From NCBI GenBank assembly GCA_964655785.1, contig CAZZNP010000003.1:30486-89066 (forward strand): a DNA stretch of 58,581 nucleotides, read 5' to 3'. Of this stretch, positions 51,499 to 58,581 are shown piece after piece. Below the pieces are notes generated by a model, which was given only the letters and a program-made list of their open reading frames with translations, had not been told where the DNA came from and did not search any database. The first letter of the stretch is position 1, and the number at the start of each line of letters is the position of its first letter. The stretch comes from an uncultured Gemmatimonadota bacterium. Its GTDB lineage: Bacteria > JAAXHH01. The translations under genes and the position numbers were made by a program.

Positions 51499-53168
51499 CG
51501 GACATGGACCTACAAACGAATGGATCCGCGGCATCCGAACACGACAGATCCGGGCCCGCGGCTTCGGCTTCGGCGGCGCCGGACAGGTCCTGCCGCGACT
51601 CGCTGGGGCGGATAGGGCTGCCGGAACCGGTATCGTCGCTCGCAGGTCGCGCGTGGGACGTAATCATCGTGGGCGCCGGCCACAACGGTCTGGCCTGCGC
51701 GGCCTACCTGGCCCGTGCGGGCAAGCGGGTCCTCGTACTCGAGGCGCGCGAACGCGTGGGAGGCGCCTGTACGCTCGAAGAGACCTGGCCCGGATACCGC
51801 GTGTCCCCGTGTGCCTACCTGGCCGGCCTGCTCCATCCCCTTGTGATCGAGGAACTCGACTTCCCGCGCTACGGCTATCGCTGGACCCCGGCGGAGGCCG
51901 GCATGTTCGTCCCTTTCGAGGATGGAACGAGCATTCAGCTGTGGGAGGACGACGAACGTTGCCGGGAGGAGATCCGGCGACTGTCTCCCCGCGACGTGGA
52001 CGGCTTCGAAGCCATGTACGCGCCGATGAAGCGGATTCGCGAGGCCCTGCGGCCGCCGGGCGAAGGCGACATCTGGATCGGGCGAGCACCTACGAGGGAA
52101 CAGATCGAAACGCGGCTCCGAGGCGACCGGGAATCCATCGACCTGCTCTTCGAATGGTCCATGGTCGAATACGTCGAGCGTTACCTCGCAGACGAGCGTC
52201 TGCGCATGGCCTTGATGGGTCAGGGCGTGATCGGGACGAACGCCAGCCCCTACGAGCCCGGGACCTCCTCCGTACACGTTTTCCACTCCTCGGGTACCAT
52301 GGCCGGCATGCCCGGTATGTGGGGATACGTCGAAGGCGGCATGGGTACCGTGTCCTTCATCCTGTGCGACATCGCCCGCGGCGCGGGCGCCGTCGTGGCA
52401 GCCGGCGTACCGGTCGCACGCATCGTGCCCGGCGAAGGGGTGGAACTCGAAGGCGGTGATCGCATAAGCGCACCCACCGTCGTATCGAATGCCGATCCCC
52501 GGGCGACTCTGCGCCTGCTCGGCGACCTGGCCGACGGAGCGTGGAAGGACCGTGTGGAATCGGTCCCCCAGACCGGCGCGACCGTGAAGATCAACGTCGG
52601 CTTGAGCGAACTGCCGGACTTCTCCAGCAGGCCGGGCACAGACGAAGACCATCACCGCGGACAGGTCAACCTGCCCATCACCGCGCGGCAGTGGCATGAC
52701 TTTCACGGGCTGGCGCGAGAGGGAAAACTGCCCCCGCGTCTATGGGAGGAACTGTACTTCCATACCGCTCACGACGGCAGCGTGGCGCCGGCCGGCCGGC
52801 ACACCATGAGCATATTCGCCCAGTACGTCCCCTACACGTTCGCCGAGGGCGACTGGGATACCCGGAGGGACGAAGTGGGACGACTGGCGCTGGACACGCT
52901 CGGGCGCTATTGCAGCAACATCCCGGACGCCGTCCTGCACATGGACGTCCTTGGACCGCCCGACATCGAGAAAAAGGTGGGGCTGACCGGCGGTCACATC
53001 TTCCAGGGCGAGATATTGCCGGCCTACATGTGGGACCGGCGGCTGGAGGCGCGCACGCCCATGGAGGGGCTGTATCTGTGCGGCGCCTGCACCCATCCGG
53101 GCGGCAGCGTCATCGCCATCAACGGGCGTAACGCGGCGATGGAAGTGCTCGGGAAGTACGAAGGATAG
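51486..53168 (+). CDS. FAD-dependent oxidoreductase, phytoene desaturase (CrtI/PYROXD2-like) family
   Basis: 560 aa with DVIIVGAGHNGLACAAYLARAG and LEARERVGG. The start is uncertain (51486 or ATG 51504). Confidence 0.75.
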   Translation: MGRLTDMDLQTNGSAASEHDRSGPAASASAAPDRSCRDSLGRIGLPEPVSSLAGRAWDVIIVGAGHNGLACAAYLARAGKRVLVLEARERVGGACTLEETWPGYRVSPCAYLAGLLHPLVIEELDFPRYGYRWTPAEAGMFVPFEDGTSIQLWEDDERCREEIRRLSPRDVDGFEAMYAPMKRIREALRPPGEGDIWIGRAPTREQIETRLRGDRESIDLLFEWSMVEYVERYLADERLRMALMGQGVIGTNASPYEPGTSSVHVFHSSGTMAGMPGMWGYVEGGMGTVSFILCDIARGAGAVVAAGVPVARIVPGEGVELEGGDRISAPTVVSNADPRATLRLLGDLADGAWKDRVESVPQTGATVKINVGLSELPDFSSRPGTDEDHHRGQVNLPITARQWHDFHGLAREGKLPPRLWEELYFHTAHDGSVAPAGRHTMSIFAQYVPYTFAEGDWDTRRDEVGRLALDTLGRYCSNIPDAVLHMDVLGPPDIEKKVGLTGGHIFQGEILPAYMWDRRLEARTPMEGLYLCGACTHPGGSVIAINGRNAAMEVLGKYEG

Positions 53169-53232
53169 GCTAAAACGGGCCTGGACCGCACGAGACCTGC
53201 CGAATGAACTCGGAATTCCTCGCCTTCCGGGA

Positions 53233-54663
<1,431 letters not shown>

Positions 54664-55077
54664 TTATGCTCCGGATTCCACCTTTTCGTCCGAGGTAGTC
54701 GCGAGATAGAAACGGCCGATTTCCACTTCGAAATGCCGGCCGTCCCCGTCCTGCATTTCATACTCGCCTTCCATGGTGCCCCACTCCGTGTCCAGGGGGC
54801 AAAGGCTCTGGTATTCGTGGCTTTCCCCCGGCTCGAGTTCGGGCTGCAATCCCACGACGCCCGGTCCTCTGACTTCGCTGCGTTTTCCGTCGGCGTTGAT
54901 GATGACCCAGTGGCGATTGATCAGCTTTACCCAACGCTTACTGCCATTGGTGATAACGATACGGTACGCGAACACGTACTGATCCCGCCCGGGATCTGAA
55001 TGATCGGGCAGGTAACCCGGGTAGACCTGCACCCGAATGCCATGGGTGACCGTGTCTGAATCCAGTGGTGTCGGCAT
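54664..55077 (-). CDS. apaG: ApaG (DUF525) protein
   Basis: 137 aa from ATG 55077. YVFAYRIVITNGS...VKLINRHWVIINADG...GPGVVGLQPELEPGESHEYQS matches the ApaG pattern. It lies 4 nt upstream of proS. Confidence 0.8.
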   Translation of the reverse strand: MPTPLDSDTVTHGIRVQVYPGYLPDHSDPGRDQYVFAYRIVITNGSKRWVKLINRHWVIINADGKRSEVRGPGVVGLQPELEPGESHEYQSLCPLDTEWGTMEGEYEMQDGDGRHFEVEIGRFYLATTSDEKVESGA

Positions 55078-55119
55078 CACGACGCTCCGCGGAAGTGACC
55101 TTGGAAATCGAAGGTGTAT

Positions 55120-55148
55120 AAGATAAATACCGGGAGCTGAAACGACAA
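55120..55148 (-). promoter_or_regulatory. putative sigma70 promoter of apaG-proS (TTGTCG-17-TATCTT on minus strand)
   Basis: cgacaa at 55143-55148 and aagata at 55120-55125 on the + strand, with a 17-nt spacer. Confidence 0.35.
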
Positions 55149-55201
55149 ACAAAAACCGAAAAAGACGCCGTGCGGGCGGCCGATCAGGGGGCAAAAACAC
55201 C

Positions 55202-55230
55202 TTGACACCACGGGGCCGCATCTCTATTCT
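55202..55230 (+). promoter_or_regulatory. putative sigma70 promoter of the citrate synthase gene (TTGACA-17-TATTCT)
   Basis: -35 at 55202-55207 and -10 at 55225-55230, 40 nt upstream of ATG 55271. Confidence 0.4.
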
Positions 55231-55270
55231 GTCCACGGCACAAACCGGCACCCCGCAGGAAAGGAACACA

Positions 55271-56401
55271 ATGGTTAACCAGGGTCTGGAAGGCGTTGTA
55301 GCCGCACAGTCGGCAATCTGCTTCATCGATGGCCAGCAGGGCAGAATGCTCTACAGCGGCCACGACATACACGACCTGGCCTCCTATTCGAATTTCGAGG
55401 AGACCGCCTACCTGCTGTGGCACGGCGTCCTGCCCGGACCGGTCCAGCTGGCGGAGCTCAACGAACAGCTTCTCGCCGGCAGAACCCTGCCTTGCGAAGT
55501 CATGGATTTGCTGCGGGCGATCCCGCGCGATACGGCGCCCATGGACGTGCTCCGTTCAGCCGTGTCCTTCCTGTCCGCGTATGACCCGGACGTGGCGAAC
55601 CATTCCCGCGAAGCGAACCTGCGCAAGGCCATCCGGCTGACCGCCCAACTCGCATCCGTTACTACAGCCTGGCACCGTATCTCGAATGACCGGCTTCCAG
55701 TGGATCCGAATCCCGGCCTCGGGCACGCCTCGAATTTCCTTTACACCCTGAGCGGCGCGGAACCGGACGCCCGTCATGCACGGGCTTTCGACATCGCCTT
55801 GATCCTGCACGCCGATCATGAGTTGAACGCGTCGACCTTCTCCGCCCGGGTGACCGCGGCCACGCTTTCGGATATACATTCGGCCGTCATTTCGGCCATC
55901 GGCACGCTGAAAGGGCCGCTGCACGGAGGCGCCAACAAAGATGTAATGGATATGCTGAACGAGATAGGGGAGATTTCCCGCGCCGAGGACTACGTCAGGG
56001 AAAAGCTGGCCGCCCGGGCAAAGATACCCGGTTTCGGCCACAGGGTCTACAAGACGGAAGATCCCAGGGCGACGCACCTGCGCCGGCTTTCCGAGGAACT
56101 CGGCAGGCGCGCGGGCGACCTGAAGTGGTATGAAATGTCCCGCGTAATCGAGCAGACCATGCTGGACAGGAAGGGCATCGCCTGCAACGTGGACTTCTAT
56201 TCCGGTTCGGTGTATGCCGCCATGGGTATTCCGGCCGCGTTGTTCACACCCGTTTTCGCCTGCAGCCGCATCGCCGGCTGGACCGCCCATCTCCTCGAAC
56301 AGTACGCCGATAACCGGATCATCCGGCCGGTTGGAGAATACACGGGTCCGACCGAAGCGCGTTACGTACCCATGGAATTCCGCCAGGCTGCCTCCGCCTG
56401 A
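55271..56401 (+). CDS. citrate synthase / 2-methylcitrate synthase (short, ~376-aa type)
   Basis: From ATG 55271. It has GLEGVVAAQSAICFIDG and the hallmark GFGHRVYKTEDPRA. I cannot separate citrate from methylcitrate specificity by eye. Confidence 0.85.
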   Translation: MVNQGLEGVVAAQSAICFIDGQQGRMLYSGHDIHDLASYSNFEETAYLLWHGVLPGPVQLAELNEQLLAGRTLPCEVMDLLRAIPRDTAPMDVLRSAVSFLSAYDPDVANHSREANLRKAIRLTAQLASVTTAWHRISNDRLPVDPNPGLGHASNFLYTLSGAEPDARHARAFDIALILHADHELNASTFSARVTAATLSDIHSAVISAIGTLKGPLHGGANKDVMDMLNEIGEISRAEDYVREKLAARAKIPGFGHRVYKTEDPRATHLRRLSEELGRRAGDLKWYEMSRVIEQTMLDRKGIACNVDFYSGSVYAAMGIPAALFTPVFACSRIAGWTAHLLEQYADNRIIRPVGEYTGPTEARYVPMEFRQAASA

Positions 56402-56437
56402 CCACGGACCGACTCGGCCGGATCGGGGACATCTCAC

Positions 56438-57025
56438 ATGATAAAGGTCTTTCGAACGCTGGTTTTCGCGGCAACGGTCAGTGCGTACGCGCTGCCGGCG
56501 TCCGGACAGATGAATTTCAACCTGGGTGGTGAAATGGCCCGGCCTGCTTCGGGTCTCGCAGGCCTGGTCGAAAAAGACTACGGTTACGGCGCTCATGCCG
56601 CCCTGACATACTGGATGAATTACAGTTTCCAGATCGTCTGCACGGGAAGCTACGTTACCTACGGAAGCGAGGCCTTCGAGTCCCGCGATGAATTGGAGCA
56701 ACTGGCCGACCGGGGCCTGGACGAAATCGTCGACCGGATCGAAGGCAATTACTCCAGCATTCCGGTGACCGTCGGACTGCGGTACTACCCCATGGAACGG
56801 TTTTTCCTCCAGGGCTCCGCCGGCGTGGTGTACAAAAGAACGCGCAGTCAGGAAAACGGGGCCTCGAATGAGGAAGACGGCTTCGTCACCGAAAGAGACC
56901 TCATCGTGTCGCCGGGGGTCGGGCTGTTGCTCGGCCGGTTCAGCCTGCAGGCGCAGTACAACGTATCCCAGGACGACTGGAAGTGGTTGAGCCTGGGGGT
57001 GTCGATGATCTTCGGGAAGCTGTAG
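56438..57025 (+). CDS. outer-membrane beta-barrel protein (small porin-family)
   Basis: 195 aa with a signal peptide (LVFAATVSAYALPASGQ), alternating strands and a C-terminal ...LGVSMIFGKL. Confidence 0.55.
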   Translation: MIKVFRTLVFAATVSAYALPASGQMNFNLGGEMARPASGLAGLVEKDYGYGAHAALTYWMNYSFQIVCTGSYVTYGSEAFESRDELEQLADRGLDEIVDRIEGNYSSIPVTVGLRYYPMERFFLQGSAGVVYKRTRSQENGASNEEDGFVTERDLIVSPGVGLLLGRFSLQAQYNVSQDDWKWLSLGVSMIFGKL

Positions 57026-57092
57026 GATCACGGGCCCGATTCGGATTTTCTCGATCCGGATCCACAAGACACGCCTTTGATCTTCCGTGCAG

Positions 57093-57959
57093 TCAAGGCA
57101 GGTCCCCACCGCGGTACTTTTCAATCAGGCTCCATAGGATGGCCGCAGTTTCCACGTCGGGCACGCCACGATAGTCCGAGGGGCGAAAATGCATTTGAAA
57201 TGCGCGTACGGCGAAGCGCGTCCGGTGGTCGAGTTCGCCGGTGGGTTCGACCAGGTATCCGAGCCTTAGCAGCGCGGCCTGCAGTTCTTCGACCGTCGGA
57301 GGCCGGTTTTCGAATCGCTCCATGTATACCAACCTGGTCTCCTCGTCATACCAGGCGCCTATGCCTTCGTCGTACAGCCGCCGCCAGGGGAAGAGGGGAC
57401 CCGGATCCGACCGGCGCCTGTGCGGGATCGCAATATCGGAGTGAGCGACGAAGTCGAGCGGGCCAATGCCGGGGTACCGACGTTGAATGCCCCGAAGCAA
57501 CTCGACCAACATCTCGATCTGCGCTTCGCTGAAAGGCGGGTATTCGCAAACGAGCGCGTCCGGGCCGTAATCCTCGGCGGCGTCCGGGTCCGGAACGCAT
57601 CTGAACTCGTTCACAATCTCGATCCCGATGGATCGGTCGTTGAGCCCCGTCTCCCCTGCCCAATAACTGATTCCGGCGTGCCATGCCCTTTGGCTTTCCT
57701 TCACGAACTGATGCAAACGCAACCGGCTGTGACCGTAGGACGGGTCGTTTTCGGCGGGGATCAGGTAATGCGCGCTGACCGGATTTTGGGTCCTGGTGGT
57801 GAGCAATCTTACAGATTCCGCGAAATTCGCCGAGGTGGCGTGAATCACCACGTAGTCGACCCGGCTGTTCTGGTTCACCGATTCCATATAGATGACGTTT
57901 GAACAACCGGTCATAAACACCGAAAGTATCCATAACCGCGTAACACTCGTTATCTTCAT
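57093..57959 (-). CDS. N-acetylmuramoyl-L-alanine amidase lipoprotein (Amidase_2 + PG-binding domain, AmiD-like)
   Basis: 288 aa with a lipobox (FMTGC). Amidase_2 strings are VVIHAT, RAWHAGISYW, GIEIVN and AHSDI..RRSDPGP. The C-terminal LQAALLRLGY...RFAVRAFQ resembles PG_binding_1. Confidence 0.85.
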   Translation of the reverse strand: MKITSVTRLWILSVFMTGCSNVIYMESVNQNSRVDYVVIHATSANFAESVRLLTTRTQNPVSAHYLIPAENDPSYGHSRLRLHQFVKESQRAWHAGISYWAGETGLNDRSIGIEIVNEFRCVPDPDAAEDYGPDALVCEYPPFSEAQIEMLVELLRGIQRRYPGIGPLDFVAHSDIAIPHRRRSDPGPLFPWRRLYDEGIGAWYDEETRLVYMERFENRPPTVEELQAALLRLGYLVEPTGELDHRTRFAVRAFQMHFRPSDYRGVPDVETAAILWSLIEKYRGGDLP

Positions 57960-58070
57960 GTCTGGTCCCGTTCGTAATACAGGCTGCAGCGCTGTGTTTG
58001 AGATTGAAACACCGGGGGCAAGTCAGCACATTGATGAGCCGTGTTGCCGCGAAACATGCCCTGTTGGGAT

Positions 58071-58098
58071 TTACAATGTAATGATTCCAGTGTAGAAT
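58071..58098 (+). promoter_or_regulatory. putative sigma70 promoter of the terminal partial gene (TTACAA-16-TAGAAT)
   Basis: -35 at 58071-58076 and -10 at 58093-58098. Confidence 0.3.
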
Positions 58099-58196
58099 CC
58101 AATCAGGAAGCGGGTTCGGGATATCTTAAAAACAATGGGTGGATGGGCACGGGCCCGATGGACCTGATGGTCAAACGTTCCACGCCGGAGAACTGA

Positions 58197-58581
58197 ATGA
58201 GCCGTTTCAAAGAAGCGCGAGACCGCGGCGGACGATACCTGCTCGCCCAGGTACGTGAGGACGGCGGGTTCGGGGATGCCGCGTTGGGCGTGACAGAGTA
58301 CTACAAGGTGCCGGCCGTCTTTCTCGTGTGCGGCCTGTCCCACGCCGCGAACCGCCTGCTTAACTGGATCCGGCACCACGGCATCCTGGCTAACGGCGAC
58401 TTCGGGCCAAGACCCGGTGGCGAACGCGACAGCTACTACTACACCTACCACAATTCATGGGTAATCAAGGCGGCCCATCGCATGGGCGCCTTCGACCTGT
58501 CCCGGCGCGGCATGGACTTCCTGCTCGGGTTCCGCGACCCCGCCGGCGGCGGGTTCTACTCCCATCCCACGGCGCGCGACA
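58197..58581 (+). CDS. partial (5' part) alpha/alpha-toroid, prenyltransferase/terpene-cyclase-repeat-like protein
   Basis: An open frame runs from ATG 58197 to the window edge. RGGRYLLAQVREDGGFG resembles the QW/prenyltransferase repeat. Only 128 codons are visible. Confidence 0.45.
   Translation, partial: MSRFKEARDRGGRYLLAQVREDGGFGDAALGVTEYYKVPAVFLVCGLSHAANRLLNWIRHHGILANGDFGPRPGGERDSYYYTYHNSWVIKAAHRMGAFDLSRRGMDFLLGFRDPAGGGFYSHPTARD

Overview
This is a 58.6-kb, high-GC (about 60-65% by eye) chromosomal fragment from a diderm bacterium. The diderm call rests on an RND/TolC efflux operon, lipobox lipoproteins, beta-barrel OMPs and repeated TTGACA-17-TAnnnT promoters. I call about 42 protein genes. 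I found no rRNA, tRNA, CRISPR array, transposase or integrase. The content is mostly accessory catabolism: three Gfo/Idh/MocA oxidoreductases, two enolase-superfamily enzymes, a Zn-ADH, a DHDPS-like aldolase, hydantoinase A/B, a LarA-like protein, two PhyH dioxygenases, an M14 peptidase and an Ldh_2 protein. Transport genes are BioY, a family-5 SBP, SulP, RND and ECF A/T. A small housekeeping block holds apaG-proS and citrate synthase. Five things deserve a second look. (1) A head-to-head pair of paralogous GPP34(GOLPH3-like)-cytochrome P450 fusion proteins (35.4-40.0 kb) flanks an AT-rich 554-bp spacer and has atypical I-helix motifs. It sits next to a Rieske oxygenase, an FAD oxidoreductase and an RND pump, and is my best candidate for an undescribed system. 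(2) About 19 short tandem-duplication loci are present, many of them containing the start or stop codon of the adjacent gene. The arrays inside genes all have unit lengths divisible by 3. (3) A low-GC island (13.3-17.0 kb) holds a SAM methyltransferase and a ~920-aa TPR-like protein, each split by one extra base in a homopolymer (T5 and C8). (4) The Rieske oxygenase has an in-frame TAA at codon 23 or 41 (depending on the start used), behind a near-consensus promoter. (5) An RraA-family protein carries a textbook Tat signal and a repeat linker. All coordinates, repeat units and GC impressions were derived by hand. Every homology statement is motif-level recall and needs an HMM or BLAST check.
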